Assembly: GCA_965219405.1 (NCBI GenBank)
Contig: OZ244736.1
Span: forward strand, 1,354,064 to 1,418,063
Origin: Dehalococcoidia bacterium
GTDB lineage: Bacteria; Chloroflexota; Dehalococcoidia; UBA6926
Direction of reading: 5' to 3'
DNA length: 64,000 nt
Shown: positions 41,757-49,994 of the stretch, piece by piece
How the letters are laid out: each line of letters starts with the position of its first letter
Position numbering within the stretch: position 1 is the stretch's first letter
Program-made: the position numbers and the translations under genes
Notes under the pieces: generated by a model
The model's input: the letters and a program-made list of their open reading frames with translations, nothing else
Told to the model about the DNA's origin: nothing
The model's database searches: none

Positions 41757-41837
41757 GCTGCGGCGACCGGGTGATTTATCGAACCATTCTACGGCAGGGC
41801 GCGCAGTGTCTCAATGCGCCGCGCCTATACTGTCCGC

Positions 41838-43073
41838 ATGGGTCTCGTTCACGCGCTGCCCTTCAAAATAGTAATTGCCGCCGCGGTGTTTCTCGGGGCG
41901 TTGTTGGCGCTGCCGGGGTGTGGAGCGCCCGCCGGAGACATTGTCGCCGGTATCCGGGCGTCCGCCGCGCATGACAGTTTCAACATCGCGGTGTGGGAGT
42001 TTCGCCACGCCTCAGATATTGTCACCTCGCTGAACACGCCTCCCGAGAATCCGAATGCAATTGATGAGTACTTTGAGACGACGGCACGATTGCGTGAGGC
42101 GGAGGGCAGGGCGGCGCGGCTACTGGCGACGAGATTGGCAGATGATGCCGAGTTGCTGGAGGCGCTGGAGGAGCAAGAGACCATCGAACGCGAATTGGAG
42201 GAGATTCGCGAACGGGCGACGTTGGCGCTGCGAGGGCTGACGATGAGCGCGCTCCGCGAGGCCGGTCTCCTTTCAGACCCGCCTGTGCTGGGCGAAATCG
42301 TCTTTCCTCCTGTGTCATTCGTCATGGAGGAGCTTCCAAAGGCGCTTGTCGTTTCGCCTCGTGACCGAATCGACATCACGGAATCGCTTCCGCTGCGGCC
42401 CGATATTTCCATTGATGAGATACTCCGCCTTGAAGAGTCGATGACGAAAAGGGATCTCTCGGCGGTTGTCGTGAATATCGGAGGGATGGGGACGTATCCC
42501 GCGCTGGTGAAGTCGACGTCAACACGCGACTCCACCGTTCGGACGATTCTGCACGAATGGGTCCACCACTACCTGTTCTTCCATCCACTGGGGCAGCGGT
42601 ATGCGGCGGGCGGGGAAATGACAACCATCAACGAGACTGTGGCGAACATGGTGGCGGCGGAGACGGCGGCGATGGCCCTGGATCAGCCGCTGCCCGTTTT
42701 CCGCACGCCTGAGCCGCCATCAGAACCGCATCGAGATCCTGGAGTCTTCGATTTCGGCGCGTACATGAGGGAGACGCGCGTGGAGGCTGAGCGACTGCTG
42801 ACAGAGGGACTGTTCGATGAGGCTGAGGCGTACATGGAGGCACGGCGCGTCCACCTGAATGAGACGCATGGCTACGTGATACGCAAGATCAATCAGGCCT
42901 ATTTCGCGTTTCACGGTAGCTACGCGGATTCTCCGGCGGGGGGAACGGTCAGCCCGATTTACGGACAGCTGATAGAGGTGCGGAATCAGTCCGGTTCCGT
43001 AGCGGAGTTCGTTAGAACTGTGCGGGAGATCGAAAGTGCGTCGGAGTTAGAGCAGTTAGCGGGAGCGGGGTAG
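41838..43073 (+). CDS. hypothetical membrane-anchored protein with HExxH motif (putative zinc-dependent hydrolase)
   Basis: About 411 aa from ATG 41838. N-terminal hydrophobic anchor. HEWVHH at mid-protein. No confidently recognised family. Confidence 0.4.
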   Translation: MGLVHALPFKIVIAAAVFLGALLALPGCGAPAGDIVAGIRASAAHDSFNIAVWEFRHASDIVTSLNTPPENPNAIDEYFETTARLREAEGRAARLLATRLADDAELLEALEEQETIERELEEIRERATLALRGLTMSALREAGLLSDPPVLGEIVFPPVSFVMEELPKALVVSPRDRIDITESLPLRPDISIDEILRLEESMTKRDLSAVVVNIGGMGTYPALVKSTSTRDSTVRTILHEWVHHYLFFHPLGQRYAAGGEMTTINETVANMVAAETAAMALDQPLPVFRTPEPPSEPHRDPGVFDFGAYMRETRVEAERLLTEGLFDEAEAYMEARRVHLNETHGYVIRKINQAYFAFHGSYADSPAGGTVSPIYGQLIEVRNQSGSVAEFVRTVREIESASELEQLAGAG

Positions 43074-43433
43074 GGTGAATGTCCGATCGCCCTCAAAGGG
43101 GCTTCTTCTCTCGATGAGGCGGCCACGAAGGTACTCGCGAATAACCTCGTAGAGGAAAGTGCTGCAAGGCATGTTTTTTTCTTCCGCTAGAGAGCGTGCG
43201 GTCTTCATGTCTGAGTCCGAGAGGCGCAAGCTGACCCGGTGGGTTCTCCGCAGTGTATTTCGGGCTGCGATGCGGGCTGCCGCAATTTGCTCGTCGGCGT
43301 CTGGACTCGGGACCATCTCACCTTTCTCAAAAGCCTCCATAATCTCTCGCTCTTCATCGCTAAGGCCGTCTAATATGGCCTTCCATTCCTCTTCGGTGTA
43401 CCGGTCTTGGCCTGGCCTGGGTTCGCTCATCAC
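43056..43433 (-). CDS. BrnA-like antitoxin (RHH, CopG family; COG3514-like)
   Basis: 125 aa. C-terminal VSLRLSDSDMKTARSLAEEKNMPCSTFLYEVIREYL matches the BrnA pattern (ISLRL..L..LK..A...gmPYQtLi..L). Acidic N-terminal region. Confidence 0.55.
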   Translation of the reverse strand: MMSEPRPGQDRYTEEEWKAILDGLSDEEREIMEAFEKGEMVPSPDADEQIAAARIAARNTLRRTHRVSLRLSDSDMKTARSLAEEKNMPCSTFLYEVIREYLRGRLIERRSPFEGDRTFTLPRSR

Positions 43434-43555
43434 CTTCGCCTCATACCGTAGCGACGCATAGCGCGGCTGCTCGGGAACATTGTCTTTAGAAATCGTGTGC
43501 CATCTAGTTGAACAAGGTAAGGAACCATATAGAGATAGCCTCGTATCTCGATGAT

Positions 43556-43714
43556 TTAGATGCTTTGACCGGGATACCGCTGCTGGTTAGGGTGCGGATT
43601 ATCGTCGATCACATTACCAGCGTTCAGAATGTCCGCAACATCATCAAACGATACGCCCCTTGTCTCCCGTAATTCCTTGTCCTTCTCTGCATTCCATGCG
43701 AACGCTGACGGCAT
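43556..43714 (-). pseudogene. BrnT-like toxin gene fragment (N-terminal 52 codons, premature stop)
   Basis: Not in the ORF track. My minus-strand translation gives MPSAFAWNAEKDKELRETRGVSFDDVADILNAGNVIDDNPHPNQQRYPGQSI*. The FxWxxxKxxxNxxxHGVSFxxA BrnT signature is present. The expected C-terminal half (R.ISAR.A) is not in frame before the brnA start. Confidence 0.35.
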
Positions 43715-43853
43715 GTCGCTATTGTGCCACGCCGCATGGAGCTCGCTCTGAATGATAGACCACTCAAATGGGAAGCCCCCGCGACGCTATACGCCGCGGG
43801 GGCTCGGTTTCCCAGTGAACCCGGTTGTTTTCCAACCGGTGCGGTGGTTCGGT

Positions 43854-44363
43854 CTAGGTGACGGTGAATGTGGTCCACATGCCGAGCTGGTAGTGGGTGG
43901 CCACGTTGCAGAGGAGCATGTACTCGCCTGCTTCGAGGTCAACCGTGAGATCGTCTGAGCCGTCTGCGGGGAGGTCTGCCTCGAGGAGGCTGCCCAAGAC
44001 TGTACCGACGCCGTCCACCATGTTGCCGGTCTCAGAGATCAGGCCTGCCTCCGTGTTAAGGGCGGTGAGGTCGGCGGCCATACCATCTTCATTGAGCTTG
44101 ACGACTTTGAATTCATGCGCAATCAGGCCCACGTTCTCAACGTCAAACGTCACAGAGCCGGCGGCGATCGACGCGGGGCTTGGCGTCATGCTGTACGCGC
44201 CACCCTCACCCCGGTCATCCATTGAAATTGTGACTGAGCTGCTACTGCTCGATCCGATTCCGTCATCGCCATTTCCGCCGCTGTCGCCGTTTCCGCAGGC
44301 GATCACTCCAAGTGAGCCAACGATGAACAGAAGACCAACAAGATAAACAAGAGACCTGCGCAT
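43854..44363 (-). CDS. cupredoxin-like (blue copper) lipoprotein
   Basis: 169 aa. Signal peptide plus lipobox (VIACGNG). Candidate type-1 copper ligands H(…IAHEF), C..H..M in LCNVATHYQLGMW. Confidence 0.5.
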   Translation of the reverse strand: MRRSLVYLVGLLFIVGSLGVIACGNGDSGGNGDDGIGSSSSSSVTISMDDRGEGGAYSMTPSPASIAAGSVTFDVENVGLIAHEFKVVKLNEDGMAADLTALNTEAGLISETGNMVDGVGTVLGSLLEADLPADGSDDLTVDLEAGEYMLLCNVATHYQLGMWTTFTVT

Positions 44364-44495
44364 GTCTTTAGGAATCCCCCCTCTTTTTCGTGTGCCACTA
44401 GCTTGTTAAATGTATCACATATGAATGGAAAACGGGGTCAAACCCGAAGCGCAGACAGCTTGCTTTATGGAAGGACGGGCATGGCGTAGGATGAG

Positions 44496-45395
44496 TTGAT
44501 GCTGATCAATCAGTCGGTCTCAGGGTCGGCGCTGAGGGCAAGCGGACTCGCGTATTGGGAATTGCTCAAGCCGCGAGTGACGATTCTCCTGACGTTCCTG
44601 GGGGCCGCCGCCGCCGTCATCGCCTCCGGCGCCGATCCGACGCAATCGGGCAGGGTGGCCCTGATCACGCTGGCCGTCTTTCTTGGGAGCGGCGGATCAA
44701 ACGGGCTAACGAATTATCTGGATCGGACGCTCGACGCGCGCATGTATCGGACGCGCGGACGGAGCATCCCGAGCGGCCGCATCGTCCCTGCAGAACGAGG
44801 TCTGTACTGGTCGGCGGGATGGGTGTTGGCAGGTGTCGCGCTTGCGTTCCTGGTGCATCCGCTTGCGGCGCTTGCAGGGGTGACGGGCACGCTGGCTGCG
44901 GTCTCGTTCCGCAAGACGGAGGCGACCCATTTCCTGGGTGGCGTATCGAGCGCTGCGCCAGTGGCGGCTGGCTGGCTGGCGATGGATCCCTCGCTCAGCC
45001 CGACGATTGGACTGTTGGGCGTATTCGTGGGTGTGTGGGTGATCCATCACGTGTGGGCGATCATGCTGTTCTATCGGTCGGATTATTTGCAGGCGGGAGT
45101 GGCTATCTTTCCGCTTCGGTCAGCATGGCGGAGCGCACGGCCCCTCTTCCTCTCGTTGGCCGTCCTGCTGGTCGTTTTGGTGGCCGCGATGGGCTTGGCG
45201 GCAGAACAGGGCATTGTGTACTGGGTGATGGCGGGCGGGTTTGCGCTCTACAACATCTGGGGGACGATGCAGTTGGAGCGCGCGTCCCTGAGTCCGGCAG
45301 TACAACGTCGCCGATTCAAGACGGCATCGTACAGCCTGCTGTGTGGCATGTTCACGGCCTTGCTAATCACGACAGTACTGACTGCCGTTCAGTGA
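44496..45395 (+). CDS. ctaB: protoheme IX farnesyltransferase-like UbiA prenyltransferase (heme O synthase)
   Basis: 299 aa, about 8 TM. ELLKPRV N-terminus and NYLDRTLDARMYRTRGRSIP (NxxxDxxxD..RT..R) motif. Confidence 0.6.
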   Translation: MMLINQSVSGSALRASGLAYWELLKPRVTILLTFLGAAAAVIASGADPTQSGRVALITLAVFLGSGGSNGLTNYLDRTLDARMYRTRGRSIPSGRIVPAERGLYWSAGWVLAGVALAFLVHPLAALAGVTGTLAAVSFRKTEATHFLGGVSSAAPVAAGWLAMDPSLSPTIGLLGVFVGVWVIHHVWAIMLFYRSDYLQAGVAIFPLRSAWRSARPLFLSLAVLLVVLVAAMGLAAEQGIVYWVMAGGFALYNIWGTMQLERASLSPAVQRRRFKTASYSLLCGMFTALLITTVLTAVQ

Positions 45396-45426
45396 GCGTC
45401 TCCACGCAATCGATCATCGGAATCGC

Positions 45427-46662
45427 ATGACGAACTCCGTTCCGTACTTCCGTGTGACCAAGGAGTCGGACTCCGAAACGCCGGGTCCGCGAACCGGGGT
45501 GCTCATTACGCCGCACGGAGAGATTCAGACTCCTGCGTTTCTGCCGGTGGCCACGCAGGGGAGTGTGAAGGCGCTTTCGCCGACCGACGTTGTTGCACTG
45601 GGCGGGCAGGTAGTGATCTGCAACGCCTATCACCTTGCGCTACGGCCGGGCGTGGACCTCATCGAGCAGGCCGGGGGTCTGCACGGATTCATGGGGTGGG
45701 ATCGACCAATCGCGACTGACTCCGGCGGCTTTCAGATGACATCGCTCGCGCACAGGCTGCGAATATCTGATGAGGCGGTGACGTTCCTTTCCCACATCGA
45801 CGGGCGCTCTTTCCACCTGTCGCCGGAATCCGCCGTTACCTTGCAGGAACGACTGGGGGCGGACATGATCATGTGCCTGGATCAGCCGCTCACATTCGGC
45901 GTCGATAGGGAAGGGGTGGAGCGGGCGATGGCGCGGACGCATCTCTGGGCAGAGCGTTCGGCACGCGCGCACCGCCCGGAGGCCGGATTGTTGTACGGCA
46001 TTGCGCAGGGCGGAGTGGAGGCGGATCTGCGGGCGGAGTCGTCGCGGTTCATTGCCGGGCTTGACGGGGCGCAGGGCATCGCCATCGGCGGCCTGAGCCT
46101 GGGTGAACCGAAGGACGTGATGTGGGAGATGGTGGACATCTCCATGCCCCTGCTTCCGGCGCGAAAGCCGCGCCACCTGCTGGGGGTGGGTTCCCCGGAG
46201 GACATCGTCGAGGGCGTGGTGCGGGGCATCGACACATTCGATTGCGCACTGCCGACGCGTGTGGCGCGCAACGGAGCGTTGTACACGCCGCAAGGTCGGG
46301 TGGACATTCTGAACGCGCGCTATACGAGTGAGTTGGGGCCGGTGATGCAGGGGTGCGACTGCGCGACGTGCGGGACACATTCCGCGGCCTATTTGCAGCA
46401 CCTGTTCAAGGCGAAAGAGTTGCTGGCGTACCGGCTGGCGAGCATCCACAATCTGCGGTTCATCCATCGACTGCTTGATGACGCCCGCGCCGCAGTTGGG
46501 GCGGGAACATACGAACAGTTCAGGAGAGATTTCCACGCCACCTATACGCCGAGCGACGCGGTAGCGCGGGAGGAGCAGCGCGGCCTGTGGCTGCGGTCGC
46601 AGCAGGCGAGAGAACGATCCGAGATGCCTGACGAGTGGGAAGCTGACCTCGGGTTGGAGTAG
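45427..46662 (+). CDS. tgt: tRNA-guanine transglycosylase (queuine tRNA-ribosyltransferase)
   Basis: 411 aa. Catalytic Asp region (DSGGFQ), zinc site CDCATCGTH. Confidence 0.85.
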   Translation: MTNSVPYFRVTKESDSETPGPRTGVLITPHGEIQTPAFLPVATQGSVKALSPTDVVALGGQVVICNAYHLALRPGVDLIEQAGGLHGFMGWDRPIATDSGGFQMTSLAHRLRISDEAVTFLSHIDGRSFHLSPESAVTLQERLGADMIMCLDQPLTFGVDREGVERAMARTHLWAERSARAHRPEAGLLYGIAQGGVEADLRAESSRFIAGLDGAQGIAIGGLSLGEPKDVMWEMVDISMPLLPARKPRHLLGVGSPEDIVEGVVRGIDTFDCALPTRVARNGALYTPQGRVDILNARYTSELGPVMQGCDCATCGTHSAAYLQHLFKAKELLAYRLASIHNLRFIHRLLDDARAAVGAGTYEQFRRDFHATYTPSDAVAREEQRGLWLRSQQARERSEMPDEWEADLGLE

Positions 46663-46690
46663 CGGCCGAGGGCAGTCGGGCGGGTAGGGG

Positions 46691-46972
46691 TTAGCCGCCG
46701 GCGACGGCAGGGACGATGCTGACCTCGTCGCCCTCCTTGAGGGGCGTTTCAAGGCCACTGAGGAATCGAACGTCCTCGCCGTTCACGTAGATATTGACGA
46801 ATCGGTGGAGTTCGCCCTCGTCGTTGAAGAGGCGCTCCTTGATTCCGGGGAAGCGGTCATTGAGGATCGCGAGCGCGCCGTCAAGCCGATCACTGCTGGC
46901 TTCAATCTCATCAACGCCATCCGTCACGCGCCTCAGGGGCGTGGGAATCTTGACTGTGACCGACATAGACAA
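46691..46972 (-). CDS. ThiS/MoaD/CysO family sulfur carrier protein
   Basis: 93 aa, beta-grasp-like, C-terminal ..VPAVAGG diglycine. Confidence 0.65.
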   Translation of the reverse strand: MSMSVTVKIPTPLRRVTDGVDEIEASSDRLDGALAILNDRFPGIKERLFNDEGELHRFVNIYVNGEDVRFLSGLETPLKEGDEVSIVPAVAGG

Positions 46973-47063
46973 TTGGCTCCTTTAGTTCATTTTGGTTCTG
47001 GTGTAAGGGCGCCGCACCGTGCGCACCTTTACAACTATAGCGGAACGGCTGAGCCGTTGGCAC

Positions 47064-47306
47064 TCAGCCTTCGATGACGTCTCCGGGGACGGGGTCGACG
47101 CGGACGCCCTTTGACTTGACCCAATCAATGCCGCGGTCGACTTCATCCTGGACGCCTTCGAGTTCCAGAACGACCCAGCCCTGGTCCTCCTCGACATTGG
47201 CGCGGCGGATGTTAGTGACCAGCTCAAATTCTCGTCCCAAAGACCAGATGATGGGCTCCTGGATGAGCTCCGATGCAAACGTGAACCGGACTCGAACCTT
47301 GGCCAT
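47064..47306 (-). CDS. standalone NIL domain protein
   Basis: 80 aa. VRVRFTF..LVTNIRRANVEEDQGWVVLELEG..GIDWVKSKGVRVD matches the NIL-domain consensus (vNIL..g...G.l.lel.G......a..yL...gv.ve). Confidence 0.5.
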   Translation of the reverse strand: MAKVRVRFTFASELIQEPIIWSLGREFELVTNIRRANVEEDQGWVVLELEGVQDEVDRGIDWVKSKGVRVDPVPGDVIEG

Positions 47307-47363
47307 GACTACCCCCGTAAATCCCTGTTGTTCCGGTTTGACGTCGAGTCAAGCGGGATGCGT

Positions 47364-48593
47364 TCAGGCATCCTCGGCTTTGATGGCGTCTTCGAAGTCG
47401 CGCAATGAGGCATTGATGTTGACGGTCTGCGCTACGTCCTGCACGGCCTCCTGCGTCTTGAGTCCGTTGCCGGTGATGTAGGCGACCGTGACCTCATCCT
47501 TGCCGATGATGCCCTTGGCGGCGAGCTTGCGTAGGACGCCAATGGTGACGCCTCCGGCGGTCTCGGCAAAGATGCCCTCCGTCTGGGCGAGCAACTTCAT
47601 GGAGTCGACGATCTCAGCGTCTGTCACAGCGTGGCCGGTGCCGTCGCTCTCCTCGATAACCTTGAGGGCGTAGTAGCCGTCGGCCGGGTTGCCGATGGCG
47701 AGCGACTTGGCGATGGTGTCGGGCCGGACTGGGCGGATGTCCTTGATACCTGCATCGTAGGCGGAGACGATGGGCGATGAGCCTTCGGCCTGGGCGATGT
47801 GCATCTTCGTATTCGGCTTGCTGATGATGCCGATGTCGTGCAGCTCGTTCAAGCCTTTCCATATCTTGGTGAACATGGAGCCGGATGCGGCGGGGACGAT
47901 GGCGTGATCAGGAGCGTGCCAGCCCAGCTGCTCAGCGACTTCGTAGCCAAGGGTCTTGGATCCCTCGGAATAGTAGGGGCGAACGTTGATGTTGACGAAT
48001 GCCCAGCCGTAACGATCCGCGATCTCTGAACAGAGGCGGTTCACATCGTCGTAGCTGCCGTTGACGGCGACCAGTGTTGGGCCGTAGATGGCCGCGCCAA
48101 TGACCTTGCCGAGTTCAAGATCGGCAGGAATGAAGACGTAACACCGGATGCCGGCGCGCGCTGCGTGGGCGGCGACGGAGCCGGCGAGGTTGCCGGTGGA
48201 CGCGCACGCGAGCGTGTCGAAACCGAAATCGCGGGCAGCGGTAGCGGCAACTGAAACGACCCGGTCTTTGAAGGAATAGGTTGGGTTGACGCAGTCGTTC
48301 TTCAGATAGAGTTCGTTCAAGCCGAGCGCCTTGCCGAGACGGTCCGCCTTGATGAGGGGGGTAAGGCCGGCGTTGATGTCGACGCGGTTCTCCGGATCGG
48401 CGGGCAGCAGTTCGGCGTACCGCCACATGGAGGGGGGGCCGTTCTTGATGGACTCGCGGGACATGACGCGGGCGATGGCATCATAGTCGTACTGAACCTC
48501 GAGCGGCCCAAAGCAAAAATCACAGACGTTGACGGGCAGGAGCTCGGTTTCGCGCGAACACTCCTTGCATCTGAGTGATGTTGTGTAGGGCAT
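47364..48593 (-). CDS. thrC: threonine synthase family PLP enzyme with N-terminal CxxC-x11-CxxC zinc ribbon
   Basis: 409 aa. PLP-lysine motif NPTYSFKDR. Tryptophan-synthase-beta-like fold. N-terminal CKECS..CDFC. Confidence 0.75.
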   Translation of the reverse strand: MPYTTSLRCKECSRETELLPVNVCDFCFGPLEVQYDYDAIARVMSRESIKNGPPSMWRYAELLPADPENRVDINAGLTPLIKADRLGKALGLNELYLKNDCVNPTYSFKDRVVSVAATAARDFGFDTLACASTGNLAGSVAAHAARAGIRCYVFIPADLELGKVIGAAIYGPTLVAVNGSYDDVNRLCSEIADRYGWAFVNINVRPYYSEGSKTLGYEVAEQLGWHAPDHAIVPAASGSMFTKIWKGLNELHDIGIISKPNTKMHIAQAEGSSPIVSAYDAGIKDIRPVRPDTIAKSLAIGNPADGYYALKVIEESDGTGHAVTDAEIVDSMKLLAQTEGIFAETAGGVTIGVLRKLAAKGIIGKDEVTVAYITGNGLKTQEAVQDVAQTVNINASLRDFEDAIKAEDA

Positions 48594-48652
48594 TCAGTTA
48601 CCCCTCAAGACCAGTTGCGCACGTCGATCGCTGTGTGCGGTGGTCATAGTGT

Positions 48653-49036
48653 TCAGGTCCCGGCGGTGCCGTTGGATAGTTCGGCGATGCGTTCAATCAT
48701 GCGGCCGACATCCTCTACGCGCTTCTCCACGCCCATCGCGTCGAGGTAACCCTCGTAGAAATTCTTGTGAAGCTCGTTGGCGACACCGAATCCGTAGCGG
48801 ACGGTTTCGTCGTAGTCGTTATCTGCAAGGAACGCGTTCAGTACGTTGTACAACCCTCGATGGGAGTCATGGTCGATTCCGCGCTGCTCGCCTACGGCCT
48901 TGATGGCCTGCGCGGCGGCCCCCCATGCCTTTTCAGAGGCTTGACGGAAATCGCGCCGTGCCAACTCCTCGGTCGCCTGCCGATAGAAGAGGCGACATTG
49001 TGTGGAGTATTCTTCCCGTTCCGTCTGTGCCATCAA
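48653..49036 (-). CDS. PaREP1-family (HEPN superfamily) protein
   Basis: 127 aa. ASEKAWGAAAQAIKAVGEQRGIDHDSHRGL....ELHKNFYEG matches the PaREP1 signature (ASEK.WGA.A.A.KA....RG...RSH....LH.NFYE) with an Rx6H HEPN-like motif. Confidence 0.5.
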   Translation of the reverse strand: MMAQTEREEYSTQCRLFYRQATEELARRDFRQASEKAWGAAAQAIKAVGEQRGIDHDSHRGLYNVLNAFLADNDYDETVRYGFGVANELHKNFYEGYLDAMGVEKRVEDVGRMIERIAELSNGTAGT

Positions 49037-49150
49037 CCCGTCCCTTTTCGATTCCTGTCACCGATCGGCCAAAGTGAAATCGGCCGACTGAACTATTGTA
49101 GCAAGGGGAGGGTGGGGTTGGGGTTGGCCGTTTGTTGGCCCACCTCGGGC

Positions 49151-49909
49151 TTAGAATGTTCTGACGTCGTCGTCGAACCATTTTCGGATCAGGGTGTTCA
49201 GCGATCCGTCCTCTTTCATTTCTCCGATGCCGTTGTCCAGCTTGTCCCGGAGCTCGGTGTCGCCCTCCCGGAGTCCAATCCCGATGCCCATGTCGAGGAA
49301 TACGGACGGCCCCACGATGTCGAGCGCCCCTCCGCTTTGCCTAACGATTTCTTGGGCAAATTCCTCGTCGAACATTGCAGCATCCACCTCGCCATTTAGG
49401 ACCGCTTCAACTATTTCTTCTACGGTTTCGAACTCCAGGAGCGTCACACCCTCTTCGGATAAGTAGTCTGAGTGGACAGTCTGTACTTGCGCGGCTACGG
49501 CGCCGTTGACCACGTCATCAGTCGCGCCGCTTACCGCGACGTAGAGGGACGGGGCGGGCGGGAAGTACGGCTGCGTGAAATCGATGATTTCATCGCGCTC
49601 ATCGGTGACGCTCATCCCGGCCAGGATGGTGTCGTACTGGTCGTCCAGGAGATTCGGAATAATCGTGTCCCACTCGTTGGTGACCCAGGTGCATTTGAGC
49701 TCTGCACGGCGGCACAACTCGTCGCCGAGTTCTCGCTCGAATCCGTCGACTTCTCCGGCATCGTTGACGAAACTGTAGGGGGGATAGGCGCCTTCGGTTC
49801 CCATTCGGACAGTGTTGTCTTCCCCGTCACAGGCCGCGGCAGTGACTGCAATGAGAGTGAGTGCAGCGATGACCAACGCCGTAAGAACCAGTCGATTTAG
49901 GCGCGCCAT
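49151..49909 (-). CDS. amino acid ABC transporter substrate-binding protein (family 3, polar amino acids)
   Basis: About 252 aa from ATG 49909 (the upstream part of ORF 49151..50164 is low-complexity and not coding-like). Signal peptide plus lipobox (AAAC). SBP_bac_3-like pattern. Confidence 0.7.
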   Translation of the reverse strand: MARLNRLVLTALVIAALTLIAVTAAACDGEDNTVRMGTEGAYPPYSFVNDAGEVDGFERELGDELCRRAELKCTWVTNEWDTIIPNLLDDQYDTILAGMSVTDERDEIIDFTQPYFPPAPSLYVAVSGATDDVVNGAVAAQVQTVHSDYLSEEGVTLLEFETVEEIVEAVLNGEVDAAMFDEEFAQEIVRQSGGALDIVGPSVFLDMGIGIGLREGDTELRDKLDNGIGEMKEDGSLNTLIRKWFDDDVRTF

Positions 49910-49924
49910 ATTGCTAATGACCAT

Positions 49925-49970
49925 TTCAAAAGAAAATGGGTCGGCCCGTGCAACAGGCCGACCCATTTTG
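49925..49970 (-). terminator. strong intrinsic terminator after enoyl-CoA hydratase gene
   Basis: Perfect 14-bp stem AAAATGGGTCGGCC / GGCCGACCCATTTT with a 9-nt loop, flanked by A/T runs (U-tail on the minus strand). Confidence 0.65.
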
Positions 49971-49994
49971 AGCTTCGTTCCCTTATGCCGGAAA

